A DNA stretch of 63,992 bases, the filler included, from an uncultured bacterium (GTDB lineage: Bacteria; CAZSTA01): assembly GCA_964609495.1 (NCBI GenBank). It is 4 parts of 4 records of this genome, joined end to end, with 100 filler letters (N's around TTAATTAATTAA, not from the genome) between each part and the next. Parts side by side here need not be neighbours in the genome. Positions count along the whole stretch, not along the records: positions 18,242 to 36,164 come from CAZSTA010000062.1; 3 more parts are not named here. One strand, written 5' to 3'. Every line of letters begins with the position of its first letter. Position 1 is the stretch's first letter. Under the pieces are notes generated by a model. That model did not search any database. It was not told the origin of the DNA and was given only the letters and a program-made list of their open reading frames with translations. Shown here in pieces: positions 19,633 to 28,533 of this stretch. A program made the position numbers and the translations under genes.

Positions 19633-20538
19633 CTATTCTCCATAATTTGATAGCGCCTGCTTAATATCGTCTCTTTTCAATTCCTTGCCCATAATTACCA
19701 ACATATACCTTTTCCCAGCATAGGGCTTAAAGTCTATCTCTCCCATAGTATAATCGACTTGGAATTTACCTTCATCAGTTCTAACGAAGCCCTTAGCTCT
19801 GATTATCCTTCCGAATTCGCCAGAATCGAATCTCTTCAGTACCTCTTTAAGATAAGCTAGAGGAAGTTCATGGAGATCCACCGATAGCGATTCCACACCC
19901 ATCTCCGTATCAGTATCTCGAACAGATTTGGGAATAGCTTTCTTCGCTGGAGGTTGGATATTTCCCAAGAGAAGCTCTGGTGTTATCTGACAGAAAGTAG
20001 TAGTATAAATAGCCGCGATGGGATTTAGTTGGCGCACCTCCTCTACCACCTTCCGAATATCATTCTCCTCAACTAGATCAGCTTTATTGACGATCACCGG
20101 ATCAGCTTTTGCTATCTGCTCAACAAGAAGCGGTTCAAAGTCCTCCTTTATCACCTCGAAGCGACTCGCATCCACAATAGTTATGATAGTATCGATATAG
20201 GCAAAGGAGGAGGTAGAGGTATAGGTGAAGACTTCCTCTATACGCTCTGGGATAGCGACCCCTGTCGGTTCTATTATTAATCTTTCTGGTTGCCACTTCT
20301 GATAAATCTCCTCCATAACCTTGATGAAATCCCCTCTTACAGAACAGCAGATACAACCCGAGGTTAACTCCTCAACGAACAGATTATCACTAGCTAAGAT
20401 CTCTCCATCGACCCCTATCTCTCCCAACTCGTTAACCAAGATAGCCACTTTTTGCTCAGGAGCTATCAAAGGGACGAGATAACGAATAAAGGTAGTCTTA
20501 CCCGAGCCAAGAAAACCATATACAATTGTAACCTTCAT
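19633..20538 (-). CDS. COG0523 (CobW/YjiA) metallochaperone GTPase
   Basis: GFLGSGKTT, NELGEIGVDG, GCICC, IEPTG, NKAD, RAKGFV; start at 20538 or TTG 20550. Confidence 0.9.
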   Translation of the reverse strand: MKVTIVYGFLGSGKTTFIRYLVPLIAPEQKVAILVNELGEIGVDGEILASDNLFVEELTSGCICCSVRGDFIKVMEEIYQKWQPERLIIEPTGVAIPERIEEVFTYTSTSSFAYIDTIITIVDASRFEVIKEDFEPLLVEQIAKADPVIVNKADLVEENDIRKVVEEVRQLNPIAAIYTTTFCQITPELLLGNIQPPAKKAIPKSVRDTDTEMGVESLSVDLHELPLAYLKEVLKRFDSGEFGRIIRAKGFVRTDEGKFQVDYTMGEIDFKPYAGKRYMLVIMGKELKRDDIKQALSNYGE

Positions 20539-20551
20539 CTTACCTTTCAAC

Positions 20552-21532
20552 TCAATTACTCTCCTTTTTCGCAACGAAAGCCCCGCTCAATTTACGAACC
20601 CTGAATTTCCCCCTCTCATCTATTATCCCCTGCACGATATCCACCACGCAATCATATAGACTATCGAGCTTCGCAGGATCTCTCAGAGCATCTCTATAGA
20701 CTCTAGAAGTTGTATAGTAATCCATAAAAGGCTTAGGATCTCCGAATTCCAGAGCATCAGGGAAAGGAAAGGTCTCCACTTGAGAGAAATATCTTTCGAT
20801 ATATTCCCTTCCGTTCTCCAAATTGAAACGATAGAAACCAAATGGTATTGAGATCGGTGTAAGTTGGCTATCTGAGAAGTTAGCCAGAGCCTCTTTATGA
20901 ACCTGACGTATTTCCTCATAACTAGTCTCACTCCCAGTTGTAGCCAGAAAGGTTCCTCCCTTCCTCAACACTCTGGACATCTCTCCGATAGCTTTAGGGA
21001 TATCGGGAACATGATAGAGCATAAAATTAGCCATAACAACATCGAAACTTTCATCTCTAAAGGGGATGCTTTCCGCATCTCCTCTGGTGAATTTCACTTT
21101 CCCCTTCGCAGATTCGAGTTGCTGGATCGCTTTATTCATAACCCCTATTGAGATATCCATCCCGATGGCTAATCCCTTACTGTTCAGTTGAGCGATAACT
21201 GGAGTGAGAAAGTTACCCGTGCCACAGCCAACATCTAGGAGATATTCATCGCCTTCTAATTCGAGTAGGTTGACAGTCCAAGAGACAAAATCGTCCTTTC
21301 GGACGCTATATCTCTTATGGGTCAATATCCTGGTGCTTAATTCCTTATCCCTTCCATAAAGCGTCTCTTGAACAAATCTCTTATCCCAATAGCGCTTATC
21401 AGATGAATTTTCTACTTCAGAAGATCTAGCAACATCTGAGCGTTCTTGGCGGCTTTTCCCTGATAGTGATTGTTGGCGAACACGAATGTCTTCTTGGTTT
21501 CTTTCTCGAGGGCCTCTATCTTCGGTATCCAC
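20552..21532 (-). CDS. Class I SAM-dependent methyltransferase
   Basis: LDVGCGTG, GDAESIPF.DESFDVV.ANFMLYHVPD; start uncertain (GTG inside the upstream gene). Confidence 0.85.
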   Translation of the reverse strand: MDTEDRGPRERNQEDIRVRQQSLSGKSRQERSDVARSSEVENSSDKRYWDKRFVQETLYGRDKELSTRILTHKRYSVRKDDFVSWTVNLLELEGDEYLLDVGCGTGNFLTPVIAQLNSKGLAIGMDISIGVMNKAIQQLESAKGKVKFTRGDAESIPFRDESFDVVMANFMLYHVPDIPKAIGEMSRVLRKGGTFLATTGSETSYEEIRQVHKEALANFSDSQLTPISIPFGFYRFNLENGREYIERYFSQVETFPFPDALEFGDPKPFMDYYTTSRVYRDALRDPAKLDSLYDCVVDIVQGIIDERGKFRVRKLSGAFVAKKESN

Positions 21533-22179
21533 TCCTTTAGCTCCTCCTCGCTATATAGATAGTCGTAACGTTCCCAAGCCTCCTTATGATGCCACCACTT
21601 AGCGGCGTTTCTTCCGTGAAAGCGCACATAACCGATATCGGAGGTAGCCCTAGCTATTGGTGGTATCAACCCCTTCAAGCGCGGCTCATCAACGCAACAG
21701 AATCCCAATCCATTCTTCCCTAGGAACTCGAATACATCATCGTTGACCCACTCCGCGTTTCTGAACTCGATAACGGTTGAGATATCTCCTATTCGCTCCT
21801 TAAACTTCGATATATAATCCTGATTTTCGGGAGCATATTTGAAGGACCAAGGGAACTGAGCGAGAACACAGCCGAAAACCTGGGCCTCGAAGAGGGGTTG
21901 TAGCGACTCTTTGAAAGCCTCGAAGACATTCGCGTTATCCTCTCTCTCGTGGGTCATCTCCTTATTAGCTTTCATCACAAACTCAACTCTTCTCTCCGAT
22001 TTCTTCACCATCCGTTCCACGTTTTGGGGAGACATAACTCGATAATAGGTGGAGTTGATCTCCACAGCGGGAAAGAGTTTGGAGTAGTAACTTAGCATCT
22101 CCCCTGCTTTTATACCTTCAGGATAAACATATCCCTTCCAATCCTTATAGGAGAAGCCCGATGTCCCAATGAGAATCAT
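21412..22179 (-). CDS. DUF72 (YecE/YunF) family protein
   Basis: IGTSGFSY.DW, VEINSTYY, EFRN..W, YVRFHGRN, YDYLYS.EEL.EW, NNHYQG.A..NA. Confidence 0.92.
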   Translation of the reverse strand: MILIGTSGFSYKDWKGYVYPEGIKAGEMLSYYSKLFPAVEINSTYYRVMSPQNVERMVKKSERRVEFVMKANKEMTHEREDNANVFEAFKESLQPLFEAQVFGCVLAQFPWSFKYAPENQDYISKFKERIGDISTVIEFRNAEWVNDDVFEFLGKNGLGFCCVDEPRLKGLIPPIARATSDIGYVRFHGRNAAKWWHHKEAWERYDYLYSEEELKEWIPKIEALEKETKKTFVFANNHYQGKAAKNAQMLLDLLK

Positions 22180-22197
22180 CTATATCATCTCCCATCT

Positions 22198-23742
22198 TCA
22201 ATCTACGGTAAATGTTATCGATACCGGAGGCTGTTCTGTATTCCCCGCACTATCTCTTGCCATAACCGAGAAGGTATGAGTCCCCTTAGTCAAGCTGGAG
22301 AGAAAATATTTCTTAGTGGTATTAGTGGTGAAGGGCGACCAGCTCTGGCCATCCAATTTGTAGGAGAAGGCGATCTCCTCCGGATCGCTCAAGTTATCCT
22401 GACCATACCAGGTGAAGATCACCTCGGTGGAGGTCTTACTCATATCCAAAGTGGTCTGGGGAGGGGTTGTGTCTATGACGAACGTCCACTCCGCCGGGGT
22501 CTGCTCCTCATTTCCAGCTTGATCTATAGCCCTCACTGAGAACTTATGTTGCCCCTCACTCACCTCGGGATAGGTTATCGCGGTCTCCTTCACATAACCG
22601 GGAGAAGTATCTACATCTAGCTTATAGAAGTATCTCAAGTCAGCCGCATCCGAGACGTTATCCCTTCCGCTCCATTCAAACCTGACTTCAGTCGCTACAT
22701 TGCTGATGGCAGGAGGGAACATAGTTAAATCAGTCTCGGGAGGAGTGGTATCAACGTAGAAGGATCGCCAAACAGAAGGAGATACGTTTCCCACTTCATC
22801 TCTAGCTGCTACTGCGAAATCATGCCTTCCATCGGATAAGCCTTCCAACTGCATAGATGTGTCGGGAAGTGGCTTGCTCCAGTCTCCACCATCAAGCTGG
22901 GTATAATAGAGTAATTTCGAAGTTGGAGTGAGGTTGTCGCTACCTGTCCAAGTGAAGGATAGGGTATTATAGGCGATAATAGCTCCCGCTTCAGGCCCAC
23001 CGATTATAGTCACTGTAGGAGGAATAGTATCAACATAGAACGTTCTTTTAGGAGGATTAGGATCGATATTTCCCTCCTTATCGATCGCGGCTACCGAGAA
23101 TTGATGACGTCCGCTTACCAGATCGGTGAACTTCCAAGAGGTTTGGGAGGTGACGACAGTCTTACTGGGATCTTGCGTATCAGGAGTTATCCTGTAGGTC
23201 AATTCTGAAGTAGGAGTGGTATCATCCTGCCCTGTCCAAGTAAAGGTGAAGGTGGTCTGTTTATATTTACCTCCATTCTCCGGACCACTGAGTATAGTAG
23301 TTGTTGGAGGTTTAGAGCCACCATTAGGCACATTAATGGTATAGATAGTAGTCTTAGCCGTATTTCCCTGGTTATCCTTAGCTTCTATATAATATTCTAA
23401 GCCAGCAGTAGTTACTTCTTCGCCAGGAATAGTAGCTGTGTACTGATCTCCGCCTACAGCGGTCATATTCTTCTCCTTAAAAGGTTCAGAGTTCGCAGAA
23501 GCACCTTCTCCTTTCTTATAGAATAGAGATGCGCTCTTAACTCCGCTCTTATCATCCGTGATTATCGCGCTGATCGTTATCGGGGTTCCTGAGGTCCCCG
23601 TAGTCACTGGAGTATGGTTTATAACCGGGGGTTTAGTATCTCCTCCAGAACTACCACCTCCTTTCTCACAACCGATGATCGTGAGAACGATTAAAGCGGA
23701 TATCGATAAAGACAAACCGACCAACTTCGCAAATTTAGACAT
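22198..23742 (-). CDS. Lipoprotein with tandem Ig/FN3-like domains
   Basis: Lipobox IIGC; repeated DTxPPxT...F.W.G.D...Y.Y.LD...G.H.F.V.A.D..GN units. Confidence 0.8.
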   Translation of the reverse strand: MSKFAKLVGLSLSISALIVLTIIGCEKGGGSSGGDTKPPVINHTPVTTGTSGTPITISAIITDDKSGVKSASLFYKKGEGASANSEPFKEKNMTAVGGDQYTATIPGEEVTTAGLEYYIEAKDNQGNTAKTTIYTINVPNGGSKPPTTTILSGPENGGKYKQTTFTFTWTGQDDTTPTSELTYRITPDTQDPSKTVVTSQTSWKFTDLVSGRHQFSVAAIDKEGNIDPNPPKRTFYVDTIPPTVTIIGGPEAGAIIAYNTLSFTWTGSDNLTPTSKLLYYTQLDGGDWSKPLPDTSMQLEGLSDGRHDFAVAARDEVGNVSPSVWRSFYVDTTPPETDLTMFPPAISNVATEVRFEWSGRDNVSDAADLRYFYKLDVDTSPGYVKETAITYPEVSEGQHKFSVRAIDQAGNEEQTPAEWTFVIDTTPPQTTLDMSKTSTEVIFTWYGQDNLSDPEEIAFSYKLDGQSWSPFTTNTTKKYFLSSLTKGTHTFSVMARDSAGNTEQPPVSITFTVD

Positions 23743-23775
23743 TTTGAACCTCCTTAGATTATATTTATCAAATCA

Positions 23776-25035
23776 TTATTCTCGTTTGAATAGATAGATA
23801 TTATCCCACCAAGCCACCCCAGGAGTAACCACTAAATTTATAGATAAAGTGGCACACTCAGGAGGAGTGATAAAGGAATGCGCATATTTAACAAAATCGG
23901 GTTGGCCGGGGTTAATAACAAAGGCTAATTCTCCCTCCTCAGCCCCTAAGATATTCCCATCTTTATCCTTGAAAACTATCGAGACTCTAGCCGAACAATC
24001 ATCGCTCGTCATAGCATATAATGTCAAGGCATGAGCAGATCTAGGGTCACAATCTAAATCCTTTACAACCCTTATCTCATCTTCCCTGGAGTTGACCACT
24101 TTAAGAGAAGGAGCTTTCAAAAAGAAGATACTCCCATCTAAAGAAAGCGTTACCCCTTCATATTCAGTCGGAGTCCAACCTCCGGGTATTCCGATAGTGC
24201 TTTTATCTATCGAGAAGCCGGGATTAGGAATCAGGTTAGAGAGCTTTGAGGGAGCCATCTGTCCTAAAGCAACGATTTGAACCGCATCCCACCATATTAT
24301 CCCTCCGGAGCTAATTAGACAAGGAGCCATGGAATAGGCGGTAGAGGGGGCAGTAAAGGTATGATAATAAAGGGTGAACTTATCGGTAACAGGAGGGATA
24401 AGCAATCCCTCTTCTTCAGGAATAGGCTCTCCATCCCTATCAAGGAATGATACGGAGAGCTTCGCCCCTGTTCCTTGAGTTTTAGCATAAGCTGATATCA
24501 GATAGATCATCTTGGGAATGCAGGTAGTATAATCCCCCTGAAGCTTGACCTCGTTAGAGTCAACACTAATCAATCTCAGCGAATGCAATCCCTGAGCACC
24601 TCCCAGCTCCAATTCGGCTTGGACCTCGTCTTTGTCATCAGCGACTATAGTCCAATGATCGGGCATCCCATTGTGATCTATATCCATCTCGAAGCCGGAA
24701 TTCATAACCAAGTCTCCCCTCATCAATTCTATATCACCAAGCTTTTTAAGATGGGCATCGACTATCTCCGTTGTGGAGGGAGTGATATTTACTATCCCTA
24801 ACCAGGGTTCATAACCCTCTTTATATATCTTTATAATATATCTCCCAGCAGAAAGGATATACTCCGAGGGAAGAACTAGGAAAGGAGTCCTTCCTAGCAA
24901 TTTGTCATTTATATATACCTCTGCCCCTGGAGGAATCGAATTTATTATAGCTGAGCCATAATCCTTAGCCTCAACTAAACAGCTAACTGATACAGCTAAG
25001 ATCAACATAATTATTATGCTATGTATTCTCCGCAT
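23776..25035 (-). CDS. Exported PEGA-domain protein with two carbohydrate-binding (CBM4/9-like) domains
   Basis: AGGAGGT SD then MRRIHSII signal peptide; PEGA SIPPGAEVYIN..GRTP..KEGYE; two N.GF...P..W...WWD.(V/I) domains. Confidence 0.7.
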   Translation of the reverse strand: MRRIHSIIIMLILAVSVSCLVEAKDYGSAIINSIPPGAEVYINDKLLGRTPFLVLPSEYILSAGRYIIKIYKEGYEPWLGIVNITPSTTEIVDAHLKKLGDIELMRGDLVMNSGFEMDIDHNGMPDHWTIVADDKDEVQAELELGGAQGLHSLRLISVDSNEVKLQGDYTTCIPKMIYLISAYAKTQGTGAKLSVSFLDRDGEPIPEEEGLLIPPVTDKFTLYYHTFTAPSTAYSMAPCLISSGGIIWWDAVQIVALGQMAPSKLSNLIPNPGFSIDKSTIGIPGGWTPTEYEGVTLSLDGSIFFLKAPSLKVVNSREDEIRVVKDLDCDPRSAHALTLYAMTSDDCSARVSIVFKDKDGNILGAEEGELAFVINPGQPDFVKYAHSFITPPECATLSINLVVTPGVAWWDNIYLFKRE

Positions 25036-25104
25036 TCGGGACCTCCTTTTTCCAGTTAAATTATCATCTTCCCCTGTTTTATAAATCTTGATTATATCAT
25101 ATCT

Positions 25105-25133
25105 ATTATACCTCATTAGAGCATATCTTTCAA
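25105..25133 (-). promoter_or_regulatory. sigma70-type promoter, divergent from feo
   Basis: TTGAAA-N17-TATAAT on the minus strand. Confidence 0.6.
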
Positions 25134-25171
25134 GAGGCTTCAAAATTTTTCTAATAATACCCAAAAATATC

Positions 25172-25200
25172 TTGACAAATATCTTATTATATGGTATAAT
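25172..25200 (+). promoter_or_regulatory. Consensus sigma70 promoter of the feo operon
   Basis: TTGACA-N17-TATAAT with extended TG. Confidence 0.85.
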
Positions 25201-25204
25201 AATT

Positions 25205-25234
25205 AATATTGAAAATCATTATCATTTTCAATAT
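25205..25234. promoter_or_regulatory. Fur-like iron-repressor box overlapping the transcription start
   Basis: Palindrome ATATTGAAAAT-CATTATC-ATTTTCAATAT; AATATTGAAAATCATTATC resembles the Fur consensus GATAATGATAATCATTATC; upstream of feo. Confidence 0.8.
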
Positions 25235-25335
25235 GAGGAGTGAGTGAAGGTGATTCTCCAGCGCTGGTAGTGATAAGGATGGCTGGAGATTCAGAGGGCA
25301 ATAGTTCAACAGCTTCAAGAGGAGGTGAACGATAT

Positions 25336-25566
25336 ATGATAAAATTGCTCAGCGAGTTGAAACCTAAGGATAGGGGAGAGATAGTGAAAGTTAAGGGGGC
25401 TGGCTCGGTTCATCGTCGGATACTCGATATGGGGGTTATTACAGGAGCGGTGATCGAAGTGCAAAAAGTTGCCCCTTTAGGCGACCCTATCGAGGTTAAG
25501 ATCAAGGGTTATAATCTCTCATTACGCAAGTCAGAAGCTAAAAATATCGAAGTGAAGGTGGTTTAA
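25336..25566 (+). CDS. feoA: Ferrous iron transport protein A
   Basis: RRILDMG, APLGDPIEV.IKGYNLSLRK.EA; ATG follows GGAGGTGA. Confidence 0.92.
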   Translation: MIKLLSELKPKDRGEIVKVKGAGSVHRRILDMGVITGAVIEVQKVAPLGDPIEVKIKGYNLSLRKSEAKNIEVKVV

Positions 25567-25569
25567 ACG

Positions 25570-25818
25570 ATGAAGATGGCTATGCCCCTAAATATGGTTT
25601 CGGCTGGACAAGAGGTGAAGCTGGTAGAAATTCGAGGAGGTATGACGATTCGCCGTCGCTTAGCCGATATGGGATTAACCCCGGGAATTAAATTCCGAGT
25701 TATCCACAGTGGTTTCCCTGGACCCTTTATCGTGGCGGTGATGGATTCGAGGATCATTTTGGGACGAGGGATGACCCGAAAAATTATGGTGGAGGAAGTT
25801 AATTCAGCTAAGGATTGA
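25570..25818 (+). CDS. feoA: Ferrous iron transport protein A, second copy
   Basis: RRLADMGLTPG, GPFIV...SRIILGRGM..KIMV. Confidence 0.9.
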   Translation: MKMAMPLNMVSAGQEVKLVEIRGGMTIRRRLADMGLTPGIKFRVIHSGFPGPFIVAVMDSRIILGRGMTRKIMVEEVNSAKD

Positions 25819-25832
25819 AAAGGAGGAGTTAA

Positions 25833-28028
25833 ATGGCTGAAGTTATGACAAAAACTAGGAAGTTGACTATCGCTCTGGCTGGAAATCCCAATTCGGGGAA
25901 GACCACGATATTTAACAATATCACCGGCGCTAGGCAACATGTAGGAAACTGGCCAGGGGTTACGGTCGAGAAGAAAGAAGGTAGATTTAATTATAAAGGA
26001 CGAAATATCGAAGTAGTTGACTTGCCAGGGACCTATAGCTTAACCGCCTATTCTATGGAGGAGACCATCGCCCGGGATTTCATTATCGAGGATAAACCTG
26101 AAGTGGTGATAGATATCGTTGATGCCTCTAACTTAGAGCGAAATTTGTATCTAGCTGTCCAGATAAGAGAGCTTACTCCTAATCTGATTATCGCCCTTAA
26201 TATGAGTGATACGGTGAAGGCTAGAGGCGATAAGATCGATACGAGGAGGCTCTCCGAATTGATCGGTGCTCCAGTGGTCCCAACGGTGGGGATCAGGGAT
26301 AAAGGGACCGAGGAATTGATTGAGGAGGCCATTGATCTAGCGGAGAATGGCAATAAGTTTGAAAGAGTACTTATCGATTATGGGGAGGAGATCGAGGAGG
26401 AGATAAGAAAGATAACGCCTATAATCGAGAGGAACATCAATCTGGTAGAGAGATATTCCGCGCGTTGGTTGGCTATTAAGCTCTTGGAGAACGATGCGGA
26501 TATCGTGGAGAGGGTGCAACAAGATGCCGTCAATAGCGAAGAGATTATGAAGCAAGTTAGAGCAAGTGCCGAACATCTAAGAAGTATCTTCGGTGAAGAT
26601 ATAGAAACTATCATTGTTGATGGCAGATATGGCCATATAAATGGCATGGTTAAGGAGACTTTAAAAAGGCGGAGGGAGGATATCCTAACTACCTCAGATA
26701 GGATAGATAAAGTAGTCACCAATAGGATATTGGGGATCCCCATATTCCTAGTTATGATGTGGATAGTCTTCAAGATGATTGCCGAGGTTTCCGGCCCTTA
26801 TCTGGATTGGGTTGATGGAGTGATCGGCGGTCCTATCTCTCATTGGGCAGCAGCTATCTTGACTGCAATTAGCGCTCCTGCGTGGCTCTCCTCCTTAGTG
26901 CTCGATGGAGTGATCGCCGGAGTTGGTAGCGTTTTAGTCTTCATCCCCGTCCTCTTCTTCCTCTACTTCTTCATCGCTCTTCTGGAGGACTCCGGATATA
27001 TGGCAAGAGCGGCTTTTGTGATGGATAGGTTTATGCATTCTATAGGATTGCACGGAAAATCCTTTATACCGCTCTTGGTGGGATTCGGTTGCACTGTGCC
27101 AGCTATCTATGCCACCCGGACTTTGGAGAATGAGAAAGATCGCCTTTTAACTGCCTTTTTAACGCCGCTGATGTCCTGTGGAGCTCGTCTTCCGGTCTAT
27201 ATCATATTCGCCGCAGCCTTCTTCCCTCAAAGATCAGGACAGGTCATCTGGGCAATGTATATCACTGGGATAATATTTGCCATCCTAACAGGTTTGCTCT
27301 TCAAGAGAACGCTCTTTGCTAAAAAAGCTGAAGCCCCCTTCGTTATGGAGCTTCCCCCCTATCGATGGCCCACTCTTAAGAGTCTCTTCATCCATATGTG
27401 GGAGAGAAGCAGACTTTTCGTTCGCAAGGCTGGAACTATTATTCTGCTCTTCTCCATAATTATCTGGGTCCTGCTCAGCATACCTTGGGGAGTGGAGAAT
27501 CTAGAAGATAGCATCTTCGGGAAGATGAGCAGCGCGATCGCTCCTATTTTCAAACCTTTGGGCTTTGGAAATTGGGAGGCTAGCGGGGCGCTGGTAACTG
27601 GCCTCGTTGCTAAGGAGGTAGTGATAAGCACGATGGGGCAGATCTACGTAGGAGGTGCTGAGGAAGAGGAGGCGGAGCCGACAACCTTTCTCGGAGATAT
27701 AGGGGAGATAATCTCCACCTTCTTCGTAGCCACCTGGGATACGGTAAAGGCGGCTATAAGCATCATTCCGGGAGTCGATCTGATGGGTGGAGAAGAAGAG
27801 GAGGAGACGGAGTTGATGACCGCTCTGAAGAATACTTTCACTCCTCTCTCAGCAATAGCTTTCATCATCTTTGTCCTCCTCTACGTGCCATGTATGGTCG
27901 CAGTAGCTGCTTTCAAATCAGAGTTCGGCTGGAAATGGGCGTTATTTAACGCAGGCTACCTCTTAGTATTAGCTTGGGTAGTATCCTTCATTGTCTATCA
28001 AGGAGGAAGACTAATAGGCTTTGGCTAG
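25833..28028 (+). CDS. feoB: Ferrous iron transporter B
   Basis: GNPNSGKT, VGNWPGVTVEKK, DLPGTYSL, GFGCTVPA, MSCGARLP, LYVPC. Confidence 0.97.
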   Translation: MAEVMTKTRKLTIALAGNPNSGKTTIFNNITGARQHVGNWPGVTVEKKEGRFNYKGRNIEVVDLPGTYSLTAYSMEETIARDFIIEDKPEVVIDIVDASNLERNLYLAVQIRELTPNLIIALNMSDTVKARGDKIDTRRLSELIGAPVVPTVGIRDKGTEELIEEAIDLAENGNKFERVLIDYGEEIEEEIRKITPIIERNINLVERYSARWLAIKLLENDADIVERVQQDAVNSEEIMKQVRASAEHLRSIFGEDIETIIVDGRYGHINGMVKETLKRRREDILTTSDRIDKVVTNRILGIPIFLVMMWIVFKMIAEVSGPYLDWVDGVIGGPISHWAAAILTAISAPAWLSSLVLDGVIAGVGSVLVFIPVLFFLYFFIALLEDSGYMARAAFVMDRFMHSIGLHGKSFIPLLVGFGCTVPAIYATRTLENEKDRLLTAFLTPLMSCGARLPVYIIFAAAFFPQRSGQVIWAMYITGIIFAILTGLLFKRTLFAKKAEAPFVMELPPYRWPTLKSLFIHMWERSRLFVRKAGTIILLFSIIIWVLLSIPWGVENLEDSIFGKMSSAIAPIFKPLGFGNWEASGALVTGLVAKEVVISTMGQIYVGGAEEEEAEPTTFLGDIGEIISTFFVATWDTVKAAISIIPGVDLMGGEEEEETELMTALKNTFTPLSAIAFIIFVLLYVPCMVAVAAFKSEFGWKWALFNAGYLLVLAWVVSFIVYQGGRLIGFG

Positions 28029-28143
28029 TAGTGATTTACGATCAAGTTTTAGTAATTAATACTATTCTCTTCATAAGGGGCTGTCGGGTTTGGGCCAGGC
28101 CTGGCAGTCCCTAATAAGATCAAGACTAGGGAGGCTTTGAACT

Positions 28144-28389
28144 ATGTTACAGAATATTCTTAGGGAGTTTGGAAGAGAAGTTCCCTTAAGCATAAATCAA
28201 CTGAGTCAGAAACTTGGAGTAGAGCCAAGTGCTTTGGAAGGGATGCTTGATTTTCTGGAGAGGAAGAACAAGCTCAAAGTAGTCGCTAATGTGAATCTGG
28301 GAAAATGTGCCTCCTGTAAATGTAGTGCTACTTGTATAGTAGGAGATCTATCAGGATACGGGAAATCTTATGTTCTAGCGAGAGAGTAA
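28144..28389 (+). CDS. feoC: FeoC-like winged-helix Fe-S protein
   Basis: wHTH-like N-terminus; CxxCxCxxxC; follows feoB. Confidence 0.7.
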   Translation: MLQNILREFGREVPLSINQLSQKLGVEPSALEGMLDFLERKNKLKVVANVNLGKCASCKCSATCIVGDLSGYGKSYVLARE

Positions 28390-28466
28390 AATTATTAGTG
28401 GGGAGACTTCTCTCTTATAAGTATCTGTCCTCAATCTTTTTTATGCTTGGCAAAATTTCTATTTTG

Positions 28467-28495
28467 TTGACAAATCCTTAATCTTTAGTTATAAT
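28467..28495 (+). promoter_or_regulatory. Consensus sigma70 promoter
   Basis: TTGACA-N17-TATAAT. Confidence 0.8.
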
Positions 28496-28533
28496 ATACC
28501 AAATTAGTAATATTTTAAGAGAGGTGAACAAAA

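Noticed and set aside
25236-25335. Metal-sensing riboswitch in the feoA leader
   Set aside because: Only a short TCTCCAGC/GCTGGAGA stem is visible, without a recognisable NiCo or yybP architecture; the Fur-like box already explains regulation.
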